Below, piece by piece: positions 11,660 to 26,300 of a DNA stretch of 64,000 nucleotides. The stretch lies in the NCBI GenBank assembly GCA_964016885.1, contig OZ024743.1:140058001-140122000 (forward strand), written 5' to 3'. Below the pieces are notes generated by a model. The model searched no databases, had not been told where the DNA came from, and was given only the letters and a program-made list of their open reading frames with translations. Positions within the stretch are counted from its first letter, which is position 1. The number at the start of each line of letters is the position of its first letter. Made by a program: the position numbers and the translations under genes. This DNA is from Eledone cirrhosa (lineage: Eukaryota).

Positions 11660-14383
11660 AAACACCATTAAAAACTCCATTGAAAAGCTCATAAAACTCA
11701 TTAAAAACCCAATAAAAAGCACACTAAACCACCATTAAAAGCTACATCCGAAACCCATTAAAAAATATATTAAAACACCATTAAAATTCCATTAAAAACC
11801 ACATTAAAATCCATTAAAAATCCAATTAAAAACAGTAAAAACTTAATTGTAAACGTAATCGAAAGCGCAAGTAAAACAACACTAAAACCATTTAACACCC
11901 CATTAAAACCCACAAAAATACAACCAGAACCCATTAAAATCCCATAACCGCCATTAAAATTCCATTAAAAATATAATCAAAAACTTCATTTAAAACACAC
12001 TGGAAACCCATTAAACTTCATAATTCTCGTTAAAAAAAATCCATTAAAAACTCAATCAAAAACCCAATTAAAAGGCCATAAAAGAAACATTAAAACAGCA
12101 TTTAAAATACCATTAAAAACGCCATAAAAAACATTAAAATCCCATTAAAAATACATTAAAGGCCCATTAAAAATTCCACTAAAAACCTCATTGAAAACCC
12201 CATTTAAAACCTAATTAGAAGCTCATAAAAACTCCCAAAACCCAATTAAAAAACCATTAAAACGTCATTAAAACGTCATAAAACGCTATTAAAACGTCAT
12301 TAAAAATGTCATTAAAAACTCCATTGATAACTCAATTAAAAACTGCATTTTACCCCCCTCCTCCCCCATTAAAAACACATTAAACACTCCATTAAAATTA
12401 CCATTAAAAACCAATTAAATACTCCATTAAACACTATATTAAAACCGCAATTATAAATTCTTTAAAAATCCAATTAAAAACCATATTATAAACTCCATTA
12501 AAAATCCAATTAAAAATCCTATTAAAACGCCCTAAAAAACACCATTAAAACGTCATTAAAAATACAATTGAAAACACCATTAAAAAATACATTGCAAATT
12601 CCATTAAAAGACCCATTAAAAACTCCATTAAAAACATCACTAAAAAGCCCATTAAAAAGCTCATAAAACCCATTAAAATACAATTAATAACCAATTAACA
12701 CTCCATTAAAAACCATTACAACCGTCATTAAAATGCCATAAAATACCATTAAAACGCCATTAAGAACGCCATTAAAATCGTCATTAAAAACCTCATTAAA
12801 AACTACATTAAAACTTCATTAAAAACTCCATTAAAACCTCCATTATAAACTCTATTAAACTCCATTAAAAACTCAATTAAATCCCCCATTAAACCCCCAT
12901 TAAGCCCCATTAAAAGCCCCTGAAAAATGCAACTAAAAACCAATTTTAAAACCCCATTAAAACACAATTAAAAGTCCATTGGAAACCCCCATTAAAATTC
13001 CATTAAAAATTCATTAAAAACTTAGTAAAAACTCGATTTTATACTCAATTAAAAAGGTAATTGAAAACTCAATTTGCACACCATTAAAAACTCATTAAAA
13101 AGCCCATAAAAACTCCATAAAAAATCTAATTGAAAAACATTAAAAATTCAGTTAAAAACCTGATTGAAAACCCCAATAACAGTTCATTAAAAAAACTCCA
13201 TTAAAAAATCAATCAAAACCCCATTAAAATAACATTGAAACTTATCGAAGCGTCATTAAGGATACCATTAAAAAACACCATTAAAACGGCATTGAAAACC
13301 CATTATAAAAAATTAAAGGATCCGTAAAAAACACCATTATAAATCCATTAAAAACCTAATTGAAAAACCCATTAAAACTCAATTTTTAAACTAGATTAAA
13401 AACGCAATTAAAAACGCAATTAAAAGCTCAATGAAAAACCATTAAAAACACCATTAAAAACTCTAAAAAAAGAGCACTAGCCATTAAAACTCCATTAAAA
13501 CCCATTGAAACCTACTACCCCCATTAAACCCCATTAAAATTGCATTAAACACATTACACATCCATTAAAGCCCATTAGAAGGACCATCAAATATTTAAAT
13601 TTAAACTAAATCAGAAACTCGCTTAAAACACCATTAAAAACACATTAAAATGTCACTAATACCATTAACAACCACACCAAAAACTCCATTAATATACCAT
13701 TAAAAACCGCATTGAAAACCCATAAAATCCCAAGTAAAGATCTTTTAAAAAACTACATTAAAAACCCAATTAAAAAACCCATTAAAACGCCATAAAAGTC
13801 ATTAAAACGTCATTTAAAGTACCATTAAAAACGTCACTAGAAACCCAATTAAAAATACATTAAAAATTCCATTTGAAACCATATTAAAAATTTCATTAAA
13901 TGCAATATTGAAAAACCCATTAAAAACACCAGTGAAAACTCATATAAATACTCAATTAAAAAACCAATTAAAAATCCTATTTAAACGTCACTAAAACACC
14001 ATAAAAAAACACAATTAAAACGTCATTAAAACACCATTAAACTATCATTAAAAATTACATTGAAAACACCATTAAAAATTCAATTAAAACCCCATTAAAA
14101 ATCCATTAAAAAGATCATCATGAACGCACTTAAACACCATCAAAAACGCATTAAAAATTAAATTAAAAAGCAATTAATTTTTTTTATCAAACCCCCATTA
14201 AAATTCTATTAAACACTCCATTAAAAACAACATTGAAAACCCCCATTAAAAGCTCATACAAAATTATATTAAAAACCCAATAAAAAACAATTACAACGCC
14301 ATTAAAACATCATAAAAACTCATTAAAATGTCATTTAAAATGCCATTAAAACCCTCACGGGGAGGAACGCAATTAAAAACACC
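11660..14383 (+). repeat. Degenerate CCATTAAAA satellite, truncated at the junction with the second satellite
   Basis: Colinear with 5102-8298; ends at AATTAAAAACACC. Confidence 0.92.
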
Positions 14384-17300
14384 GGCTGCAAATTATCTCC
14401 CCTTGATTTTTTTTTACAAATTATCTCCCCCTGATTTTTTTTTACAAATTATCTCCCCCTGATTTTTTTTTACAAATTATCTACCCGATTTTTTTTACAA
14501 ATTATCTCCCCCTGATTTTTTTTTTACAAATTATCTCCCCCTGATTTTTTTTTTACGAATTATCTCCCCCTGATTTTTTTACAAATTATCTCCCCCTGAT
14601 TTTTTTTACAATCTCCGCCTGATTTTTTAAAAAATTATCTTCCCTTGGCTGGCGGGAAATTATCTCCCCTTGGACGGCTGGAAATTATCTCCCCTTGCAC
14701 GGCTGGAAATTATCTCCCCTTGGACAGCTGGAAATTATCTGCCCTTGATTTTGTTTTTACAAATTATCTCCCCCTGATTTTTTTTACAAATTATCTCCAC
14801 CTGATTTTTTAAAAAATTATCTCCCCTTGGACGGCTGGAAATTATCTCCCCTTGGCTGGAAATTATCTCCCCTTGGACGGCTAGAAATTATCTCTCTTTG
14901 GACGGCTGGAAATTATCTGCCTTTGATTTTTTTACAAATTATCTCCCTCTGATTTTTTTTACAAATCTCCCCCTGATTTTTTGAAAAAAAATTATCTCCC
15001 CTTCGCTAGCTGGAAATTATCTCCCCTTGGACGGTGGAAATTATAGTCCCTTGGAGGGCTGGGAATTATCTTCCCTTGGACGGCTGGAAATTATCTCCCC
15101 TTGATTTTTTTACAAATTATCTGCCCCTGATTTTTTTTACAAATCTCCCAATGATTTTTTTAAAAAAATTATCTCTCCTTCGCTGGCTGGAAATTATCTC
15201 CCCTTGGACGGTGGAAATTATAGCCCCTTGGAGGGCTGGAAATTATCTTCCCTTGGACGGCTGGAAATTATCTCCCCTTGATTTTTTTAAAAAATTATCT
15301 CCCCTTGGACGGCTGGAAATTATCTCCCCTTGGACGGCTAGAAATTACCTCTCCTTGGACGGCTGAAAATTATCTCCCCTTGGACGGCTGCAAATTATCT
15401 CCCCTTGATTTTTTTTACAAATTATCTCCCCCTGATTTTTTTTTACAAATTATCTCCCCCTGATTTCTTTTTACAAATTATCTACCGCTGATTTTTTTCA
15501 CAAATTATCTCCCCCTGATTTTCTTTTACAATTTATCTCCCCCTGATTTTTTTTTACAAATTATCTCCCCCTGATTTTTTTTTTACAAATTATCTCCCCC
15601 TGATTTTTTTACAAATTATCTCCCCCTGATTTTTTTTACAATCTCCGCCTGATTTTTTTAAAAATTATCTTCCCTTGGCTGGCGGGAAATTATATCCCCT
15701 TGGACGGCTGGAAATTATCTGCCCTTGATTTTGTTTTTACAAATTATCTCCACCTGATTTTTTAAAAAATTATCGCCCCTTGGGCGGCTGGAAATTATCT
15801 CCCCTTGGCTGGAAATTATCTCCCCTTGGACGGCTAGAAATTATCTCTCTTTGGACGGCTGGAAATTATCTCCCTTTGATTTTTTTACAAATTATCTCCC
15901 TCTGATTTTTTTTACAAATCTCCCCCTGATTTTTTGAAAAAAAATTATCTCCCCTTCGCTAGCTGGAAATTATCTCCCCTTGGACACTGGAAATTATAGC
16001 CCCTTGGAGGGCTGGAAATTATCTTCCCTTGGACGGCTGGAAATTATCTCCCCTTGATTTTTTTTACAAATTATCTCCCCCTGATTTTTTTTTACAAATT
16101 ATCTCCCCCTGATTTTTTTTTTACAAATTATCTCCCCCTGTTTTTTTACAAATTATCTCCCCCTGATTTATTTTACAAATTATCTCCGCCTGATTTTTTT
16201 AAATATTATCTTCCCTTGGCTGGCGGGAAATAATCTCCCCTTGGACGGCTGGAAATTATCTCCCCTTGGAAGGATGGAAATTATCTCCCCTTGGGCGGCT
16301 GGAAATTATCTGACCTTGATTTTGTTTTTACAAATTATCTCCCCCTGATTTTTTTTACAAATTATCTCCTTCTGATTTTTGAAAAAATTATCTCCCCTTG
16401 GACGGCTGGAAATTATCTCCCCTTGGCTGGAAATTATCTCCCCTTGGACGGCTAGAAATTATCTCTCTTTGGACGGCTGGAAATTATCTCCCCTTGATTT
16501 TTTTTACAAATCTCCCAGTGATTTTTTTTTTTAAATTATCTCCCCTTCGCTGGCTGGAAATTATCTCCCCTTGGACGCTGGAAATTATAGCCCCCTGATT
16601 TTTTTACAAATTATCTCCCCCTGATTTTTTTTTACAAATTATCTCCACCTGATATTTTTTTACAAATTATCTCCGCCTGATTTTTTTTAAAAATTATCTC
16701 CCCTTGGACGACTGGAAATTATCTCCCCTTGATTTTTTTTTACAAATTATGTCCCCCTGATTTTTTTTTACAAATTATCTACTCCTAATTTTTTTTTACA
16801 AGTTATCTCCCCCTGATTTTTTTTACAAATTATCTCCCCCTGATTTTTTTTTACAAATTATCTCCCCCTGATTTTTTTGCAAATTATCTCCCCCTGATTT
16901 TTTTACAAATTATCTCCGCCTGATCTTTTTAAATATTATCTTCCCTTGGCTGGCGGGAAATTATCTCCCCTTGGACGGCTGGAAATTATCTCCCCTTGGA
17001 AGGATGGAAATTATCTCCCCTTGGACGGCTGGAAATTATCTCCCCTTGCACTGCTGGAAATTATCTCCCCTTGGACGGCTGGAAATTATCTGCCTTTGAA
17101 TTTGTTTTTACAAATTATCTTCCCCTGATTTTTTTTTCAAGTTATCTCCACCTGATTTTTTAAAAAATTATCTCCCCTTGGACGGCTGGAAATTATCTCC
17201 CCTTGGACGGCTAGAAATTATCTCTCTTTGGACGGCTGGAAATTATCTCCCCTTGGACGGCTAGAAATTATCTCTCTTTGGACGGCTGGAAATTATCTCC

Positions 17301-20300
17301 CCTTGATTTTTTTTACAAATTATCTCCCCCTGATTTTTTTTTACAAATTATCTCCCCCTGATTTTTTTTTACAAATTATCTCCCCCTGATTTTTTTTTAC
17401 AAATTATCTCCCCCTGATTTTTTTTACAAATTACCTCTTTTGGACGGCTGGAAATTATGTCTCCTTGGACGGCTGGAAATTATCTCCCCTTGGACGGCTG
17501 GAAATTATCTTCCCTTGGACGGCTGGAAATTATCTCCCCTTGGACGGCTGGAAATTATCTCCCCTTGGACGGCTAGAAATTACCTCTCCTTGGACGGCTG
17601 AAAATTATCTCCCCTTGGACGGCTGCAAATTATCTCCCCTTGATTTTTTTTACAAATTATCTCCCCCTGATTTTTTTTTACAAATTATCTCCCCCTGATT
17701 TTTTTTTACAAATTATCTACCCCTGATTTTTTTTACAAATTATCTCCCCCTGATTTTTTTTTACAATTTATCTCCCCCTGATTTTTTTTTACAAATTATC
17801 TCCCCCTGATTTTTTTTTTACAAATTATCTCCCCCTGATTTTTTTACAAATTATCTCCCCCTGATTTTTTTTACAATCTCCGCCTGATTTTTTTAAAAAT
17901 TATCTTCCCTTGGCTGGCGGGAAATTATCTCCCCTTGGACGGCTGGAAATTATCTCCCCTTGCACGGCTGGAAATTATCTCCCCTTGGACAGCTGGAAAT
18001 TATCTGCCCTTGATTTTGTTTTTACAAATTATCTCCCCCTGATTTTTTTTACAAATTATCTCCACCTGATTTTTTTAAAAATTATCTCGCCTTGGACGGC
18101 TGGAAATTATCTCCCCTTGGCTGGAAATTATCTCCCCTTGGGCGGCTAGAAATTTTCTCTCTTTGGACGGCTGGAAATTATCTCCCTTTGATTTTTTTAC
18201 AAATTATCTCCCTCTGATTTTTTTTACAAATCTCCCCCTGATTTTTTGAAAAAAAATTATCTCCCCTTCGCTAGCTGGAAATTATCTCCCCTTGGACACT
18301 GGAAATTATAGCCCCTTGGAGGGCTGGAAATTATCTTCCCTTGGACAGCTGGAAATTATCTCCCCTTGATTTTTTTTACAAATTATCTCCCCCTGATTTT
18401 TTTTTACAAATTATCTCCGCCTGACTTTTTAAAATATTATCTTCCCTTGGCTGGCGGGAAATAATCTCCCCTTGGACGGCTGGAAATTATCTCCCGTTGG
18501 AAGGATGGAAATTATCTCCCCTTGGACGGCTGGAAATTATCTGACCTTGATTTTGTTTTTACAAATTATCTCCCCCTGATTTTTTTTACAAATTATCTCC
18601 TTCTGATTTTTGAAAAGATTATCTCCCCTTCGCTGGCTGGCAATTATCTCCCCTTGGACGCTGGAAATTATAGCCCCCTGATTTTTTTACAAATTATCTC
18701 CCCCAGATTTTTTTTTACAAATTATCTCCACCTGATTTTTTTTTTACAAATTATCTCCCCTTGGACGGCTGGAAATTATCTCCCCTTGGACGGCTGGAAA
18801 TTATCTCCCCTTGGACGGCTAGAAATTACCTCTCCTTGGACGGCTGAAAATTATCTCCCCTTGGACGGCTGGAAATTATCTCCCCTTGATTTTTTTTTAC
18901 AAATTATGTCCCCGTGATTTTTTTTTACAAATTATCTACCCCTGATTTTTTTTTTACAAATTATCTCCCCCTGATTTTTTTTACAAATTATCTCCCCCTG
19001 ATTTTTTTTTTACAAATTATCTCCCCCTGATTTTCTTACAAATTATCTCCCCCTGATTTTTTTACAAATTATCTCCGCCTGATTTTTTTAAATATTATCT
19101 TCCCTTGGCTGGCGGGAAATTATCTCCCCTTGGACGGCTGGAAATTATCTCCCCTTGGAAGGATGGAAATTATCTCCCCTTGGACGGCTGGAAATTATCT
19201 CCCCTTGCACTGCTGGAAATTATCTCCCCTTGGACGGCTGGAAATTATCTGCCCTTGATTTTGTTTTTACAAATTATCTCCACCTGATTTTTTTTTCAAA
19301 TTATCTCCACCTGATTTTTTAAAAAATTATCTCCCCTTGGACGGCCGGATATTATCTCCCCTTGGACGGCTAGAAATTATCTCTCTTTGGAAGGCTGGAA
19401 ATTATCTCCTCTTGATTTTTTTTACAAATTATCTCCCCCTGATTTTTTTTACAAATCTCCCAGTGATTTTTTTTAAAAAAATTATCTCCCCTTCGCTGGC
19501 TGGAAATTATCTCCCCTTGGACGGCCAGAAATTATCTCTCTTTGGACGGCTGGAAATTATCTCCCCTTGATTTTTTTTACAAATTATCTCCCCCTGATTT
19601 TTTTTTACAAATTATCTCCCCCTGATTTTTTTTTACAAATTATCTCCCCCTGATTTTTTTTACAAATTATCTCCCCTTGGACGGCTGGAAATTATCTCCC
19701 CTTGGCTGGAAAATATCTCCCCTTGGACGGCTAGAAATTATCTCTCTTTGGACGGCTGGAAATTATCTCCCCTTGATTTCTTTTACAAATTATCTCCCCC
19801 TGATTTTTTTTACAAATCTCCCAGTGATTTTTTTTTTAAAATTATCTCCCCTTCGCTGGCTGGAAATTATCTCCCCTTGGACAAATTATCTGCCCTTGAT
19901 TTGTTTTTACAAATTATCTTCCCCTGATTTTTTTTTACAAATTATCTCCCCCTGATTTTTTTTTTACAAATTATCTCCGCCTGATTTTTTTTTTAAATTA
20001 TCTCCCCTTGGACGGCTGGAAATTATCTCCCCTTGGACGGCTGGAAATTATCTCCCCTTGGACGGCTAGAAATTACCTCTCCTTGGACGGCTGAAAATTA
20101 TCTCCCCTTGGACGGCTGGAAATTATCTCCCATTGATTTTTTTACAAATTATCTACCCCTGATTTTTTTTTACAAATTATCTCCCCCTGATTTTTTTTAC
20201 AAATTATCTCCCCCTGATTTTTTTACAAATTATCTCCCCCTGATTTTTTTTACAAATTATCTCCGCCTGATTTTTTTAAATATTATCTTCCCTTGGCTGG

Positions 20301-23300
20301 CGGGAAATTATCTCCCCTTTGACGGCTGGAAATTATCTCCCCTTGGAAGGATGGAAATTATCTCCCCTTGGACGCTGGAAATTATAGCCCCTTGGAGGGC
20401 TGGAAATTATCTTCCCTTGGCCGGCTGGAAATTATCTCCCCTTGATTTTTTTTACAAATTATCTCCCCCTGATTTTTTTTTACAAATTATCTCCCCTTGG
20501 ACGGCTGGAAATTATCTCCCCTTGGACGGCTAGAAATTACCTCTCCTTGGACGGCTGAAAATTATCTCCCCTTGGACGGCTGGAAATTATCTCCCCTTGG
20601 ACGGCTGGAAATTATCTCCCCTTGCACTGCTGGAAATTATCTCCCCTTGGACGGCTGGAAATTATCTCCCCTTGGACGGCTAGAAATTATCTCTCTTTGG
20701 ACGGCTGGAAATTATCTCCTCTTAATTTTTTTTACAAATTATCTCCCCCTGATTTTTTTTACAAATCTCCCAGTGATTTTTTAAAAAAAATGATCTCCCC
20801 TTCGGTGGCTGGAAATTATCTCCCCTTGGACGGCTAGAAATTATCTCTCTTTGGACGGCTGGAAATTATCTCCCCTTGATTTTTTTTACAAATTATCTCC
20901 CCCTGATTTTTTTTTACAAATTATCTCCCCCTGATTTTTTTTTACAAATTATCTCCCCTTGATTTTTTTTTACTAATTATCTCCCCCTGATTTTTTTTAC
21001 AAATTAGCTCCCCTTGGCTGGCTGGAAATTATCTCCCCTTCGAGGCTGGAATTTATCTTCCCTTGGACGGCTAGAAATTACCTCTCCTTGGACGGCTGGA
21101 AATTATGTCTCCTTGGACGGCTGGAAATTATCTCCCCTTGGACGGCTGGAAATTATCTCCCCTTGGACGGCTGGAAATTATCTCCCCTTGGACGGCTAGA
21201 TATTACCTCTCCTTGGACGGCTGGAAATTATCTGCCCTTGGACGGCTGGAAATTATCTCCCCTTGGACGGCTGGAAATTATTTCCCCTTGATTTTTTTTA
21301 CAGATTATCTCCCCCTGATTTTTTTTTACAAATCTCCCCCTAATTTAAAAAAAAATTATCTCCCCTTCGCTGGCTGGAAATTATCTTCCTTTGGACGGCT
21401 GGAAATTATAGCCGCTTGTAGGGCTGGAAATTATCTCCCCTTGGACGGCTGGAAATTATCTCCCCTTGATTTTTTTTTACTAATTATCTCACCCTGATTT
21501 TTTTTTACAAATTATCTCCGCCTGATTTTTTTAAAAAAATTATCTCCCCTTGGCTGGATGGAAATTATCTCCCCTTGGACGGCTGGAAATTATCTCCCCT
21601 TGATTTCTTCTACAAAGTATCTACCCCTGATTTTTTTTTTACAAATTATTTCTCCCTGATTTTTTTTTACAAATATCTCCCCTTGGCTGGCTGGAAATTA
21701 CCTCCCCTTGGCTGGCTGGAAATTATCTCCCCCTGATATTTTTTTACAAATTAGCTCCCCCTGATTTTTTTTTACAAATTATCTCCCCCTGATTTTTTTC
21801 ACAAATTATCTCCCCCTGATTTTTTTTACAAATTATCTCCCCTGATTTGAAAAAAAAAATTATCTCCCCTTGGACGGCTGGAAATTATCTCCCCTTGGCG
21901 GCTATAAATTATCTCTCCTTCGACGGCTGGAAATTATCTCCCCTTGATTTTTTTACAAATTATCTCCCCCTGATTTTTTTTTACCAATCTACCCCTGATT
22001 TAAAAAAAAAATTATCTCCCCTTCGCTGGCTGGAAATTATCTCCCCTTGGACGGCTGGAAATTATCTCCCCTTGGAAGGATGGAAATTATCTCCCCTTGG
22101 ACGGCTGGAAATTATCTCCCCTTGCACGGCTGGAAATTATCTCCCCTTGGACGGCTAGAAATTACCTCTCCTTGGACGGCTGAAAATTATCTCCCCTTGG
22201 ACGGCTGGAAATTATCTCCCCCTGATTTTTTTTAAAAATTATCTCCCCTTGCACGGCTGGAAATTATCTCCCCTTGGACGGCTGGAAATTATCTGCCCTT
22301 GATTTGGTTTTTACAAATTATCTCCCCCTGATTTTTTTTACAAATTATCTCCACCTGATATTTAAAAAAATTATCTCCCCTTGGACGGCTGGAAATTATC
22401 TCCCCTTGGCTGGAAATTATCACCCCTTGGACGGCTAGAAATTATCTCTCTTTGGACGGCTGGAAATTATCTACCCTTGATTCTTTTTACAAATTATCTC
22501 CCCCTGATTTTTTTTACAAATCTCCCAGTGATTTTTTAAAAAAAATTGTCTCCCCTTCGCTGGCTGGAAATTATCTCCCCTTGGACGCTGGAAATTATAG
22601 CCCCTTGGAGGCTGGAAATTATCTTCCCTTGGACGGCTGGAAATTATCTCCCCTTGATTTTTTTTACAAATTATCTCCCCCTGATTTTTTTTTACAAATT
22701 ATCTCCCCCTGATTTTTTTTTACAAATTATCTCCGCCTGATTTTTTTTTAAAAATTATCTCCCCTTGGACGGCTGGAAATTATCTCCCCTTGGACGGCTG
22801 GAAATTATCTCCCCTTTGACGGCTAGAATTTACCTCTCCTTGGACGGCTGAAAATTATCTCCCCTTGATTTTTTTTACAAATTATCTCCCCCTGATTTTT
22901 TTTTTACAAATTATCTCCCCCTGATTTTATTTTACATATTATCTACCCCTGATTTTTTTTTACAAATTATCTCCGCCTGATTTTCTTACAAATTATCTCC
23001 CCCTGATTTTTTTACAAATTATCTCCCCCTGATTTATTTTACAAATTATCTCCGCCTGATTTTTTTAAATATTATCTTCCCTTGGCTGGCGGGAAATAAT
23101 CTCCCCTTGGACGGCTGGAAATTATCTCCCCTTGGAAGGATGGAAATTATCTCCCCTTGGACGGCTGGAAATTATCTCCCCTTGCACGACTGGAAATTAT
23201 CTCCCCTTGGACGGCTAGAAATTATCTCTCTTTGGACGGCTGGAAATTATCTCCCCTTGATTTTTTTTACAAATTATCTCCCCCTGATTTTTTTTACAAA

Positions 23301-26300
23301 TCTCCCAGTGATTTTTAAAAAAAAATAATCTCCCTTTCGCTGGCTGGAAATTATCTCCCCTTGGACGCTGGAAATTATAGCCCCTTGGAGGGCTGGAAAT
23401 TATCTCCCCTTGGACGGCTGGAAATTATCTGCCCTTGATTTTGTTTTTACAAATTATCTTCCCCTGATTTTTTTTACAGATTATCTCCACCTGATTTTTT
23501 AAAAAATTATCTCCCCTTGGACGGCTGGAAATTATCTCCCCTTGGACGGCTAGAAATTATCTCTCTTTGGACGGCTGTAAATTATCTCCCCTTGATTTTT
23601 TTTACAAATTATCTCCCCCTGATTTTTTTTACAAATCTCCCAGTGATTTTTTTAAAAAATTATCTCCCCTTCGCTGGCTGGAAATTATCTCCCCTTGGAC
23701 GCTGGAAATTATAGCCCCTTGGAGGGCTGGAAGTTATCTTCCCTTGGAGGGCTGGAAATTATCTTCCCTTGGACGGCTGGAAATTATCTCCCCTTGATTT
23801 TTTTTACAAATTATCTCCCACTGATTTTTTTTTACAAATTATCTCCCCCTGATTTTTTTTTTACAAATTATCTCCCCCTGTTTTTTTACAAATTATCTCC
23901 CCCTGATTTATTTTACAAATTATCTCCGCCTGATTTTTTTAAATATTATCTTCCCTTGGCTGGCGGGAAATAATCTCCCCTTGGACGGCTGGAAATTATC
24001 TCCCCTTGGAAGGATGGAAATTATCTCCCCTTGGGCGGCTGGAAATTATCTGACCTTGATTTTGTTTTTACAAATTATCTCCCCCTGATTTTTTTTACAA
24101 ATTATCTCCTTCTGATTTTTGAAAAAATTATCTCCCCTTGGACGGCTGGAAATTATCTCCCCTTGGCTGGAAATTATCTCCCCTTGGACGGCTAGAAATT
24201 ATCTCTCTTTGGACGGCTGGAAATTATCTCCCCTTGATTTTTTTTACAAATCTCCCAGTGATTTTTTAAAAAAATTATCTCCCCTTCGCTGGCTGGAAAT
24301 TATCTCCCCTTGGACGCTGGAAATTATAGCCCCCTGATTTTTTTACAAATTATCTCCCCCTGATTTTTTTTTCCAAATTATCTCCCCCTGATTTTTTTTA
24401 CAAATTATCTCCGCCTGATTTTTTAAAATATTATCTTCCCTTGGCTGGCGGGAAATTATCTCCCCTTGGACGCCTGGAAATTATCTCACCTTGGAAGGAT
24501 GGAAATTATCTCCCCTTGGACGGCTGGAAATTATCTCCCCTTGCACTGCTGGAAATTATCTCCCCTTGGACGGCTGGAAATTATCTGCCCTTGATTTTGT
24601 TTTTACAAATTATCTTCCCCTGATTTTTTTTACAAATTATCTCCACCTGATTTTTTAAAAAATTATCTCCCCTTGGACGGCTGGAAATTATCTCCCCTTG
24701 GACGGCTGGAAATTATCTCCCCTTGGACGGCTAGATATTACCTCTCCTTAGACGGATGGAAATTATCTGCCCTTGGACGGCTGGAAATTATCTCCCCTTG
24801 GACGGCTGGAAATTAATTCCCCTTGATTTTTTTTACAAATTATCTCCCCCTGATTTTTTTTTACAAATCTCCCCCTAATTTAAAAAAAAATTATCTCCCC
24901 TTCGCTGGCTGGAAATTATCTTCCTTTGGACGGCTGGAAATTATAGCCGCTTGTAGGGCTGGAAATTATCTCCCCTTGGACGGCTGGAAATTATCTGCCC
25001 TTGATTTTTTTTACTAATTATCTCACCCTGATTTTTTTTTACAAATTATCTCCGCCTGATTTTTTAAAAAAAATTATCTCCCCTTCGCTGGCTGGAAATT
25101 ATCTCCCCTTCGCTGGCTGGAAATTATCTCCCCTTGGACGCTGGAAATTATAGCCCCTTGGAGGCTGGAAATTATCTTCCCTTGGACGGCTGGAAATTAT
25201 CTCCCCTTGATTTTTTTACAAATTATCACCCCCTGATTTTTTTTACAAATTATCTCCCCCTGATTTTTTTTTTACAAATTATCTCTCCCTGATTTTTTTT
25301 TACAAATATCTCCCCTTGGCTGGCTGTAAATTATCTCCCCTTGGCTGGCTGGAAATTATCTCCCCTTGGACGGCTGGAAATTATCTCCCATTGATTTTTT
25401 TTACAAATTATCTCCCCTTGGCTGGCTGGAAATTATCTCCCACTGATATTTTTTTACAAATTAGCTCCCCCTGATTTTTTTTTACAAATTATCTCCCCCT
25501 GATTTTTTTCACAAATTATCTCCCCCTGATTTTTTTTATAAATTATCTCCCCTGATTTAAAAAAAAAAATTATCTCCCCTTGGACGGCTGGAAATTATCT
25601 CCCCTTGGACGGCTGGAAATTATCGCCCCCTGATTTTTTTTAACAAATTATCTCCACCTGATTTTTTTTTACAAATCATCTCCGCCTGATTTTTTTAAAA
25701 AATTATCTCCCTTGGCTTGCTGGAAATTATCTCCCCTTGGACGGCTATAAATTATCTCTCCTTCGACGGCTGGAAATTATCTCCCCTTGATTTTTTACAA
25801 ATTATCTCCACCTGATCTTTTTTACAAATTATCTCCCCCTGATTTTATTTTACATATTATCTACCCCTGATTTTTTTTTACAAATTATCTCCACCTGATC
25901 TTTTTTACAAATTATCTCCCCCTGATTTTTTTACAAATTATCTCCCCCTAATTTATTTTACAAATTATCTCCGCCTGATTTTTTTAAATATTATCTTCCC
26001 TTGGCTGGCGGGAAATAATCTCCCCTTGGACGGCTGGAAATTATCTCCCCTTGGAAGGATGGAAATTATCTCCCCTTGGACGGCTGGAAATTATCTCCCC
26101 TTGCACGGCTGGAAATTATCTCCCCTTGGACGGCTGGAAATTATCTCCCCTTGGCTGGAAATTATCTCCCCTTGGACGGCTAGAAATTATCTCTCTTTGG
26201 ACGGCTGGAAATTATCTCCCCTTGATTTTTTTTACAAATTATCTCCCCCTGATTTTTTTTACAAATCTCCCAGTGATTTTTTTAAAAAAATTATCTCCCT

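Larger units (their letters stand above)
1..14383. repeat. Composite macrosatellite, ~6.1-6.6 kb unit, ~2.25 tandem copies (1-6633, 6634-12695, truncated 12696-14383)
   Basis: TAACACTCCATTAAAAACCATTACAACCGTC recurs at 1, 6634 and 12696 with colinear, near-identical sequence downstream. ORF-track pairs 3854/10462, 4085/10693 and 4111/10719 are offset by 6608. The unit phase is arbitrary because the window starts inside the array. Confidence 0.97.

Noticed and set aside
3854-11722. Tyr/Ile/His/Phe-rich ORFs
   Set aside because: They are translations of (TA)n, (CA)n/(TG)n, (TTTTA)n and CCATTAAAA repeats.
12696-14383. Apparent mosaicism of unit 3, which shares some variants with unit 1 and others with unit 2
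   Set aside because: With three copies this pattern is fully explained by private mutations in units 1 and 2, so gene conversion is not required.
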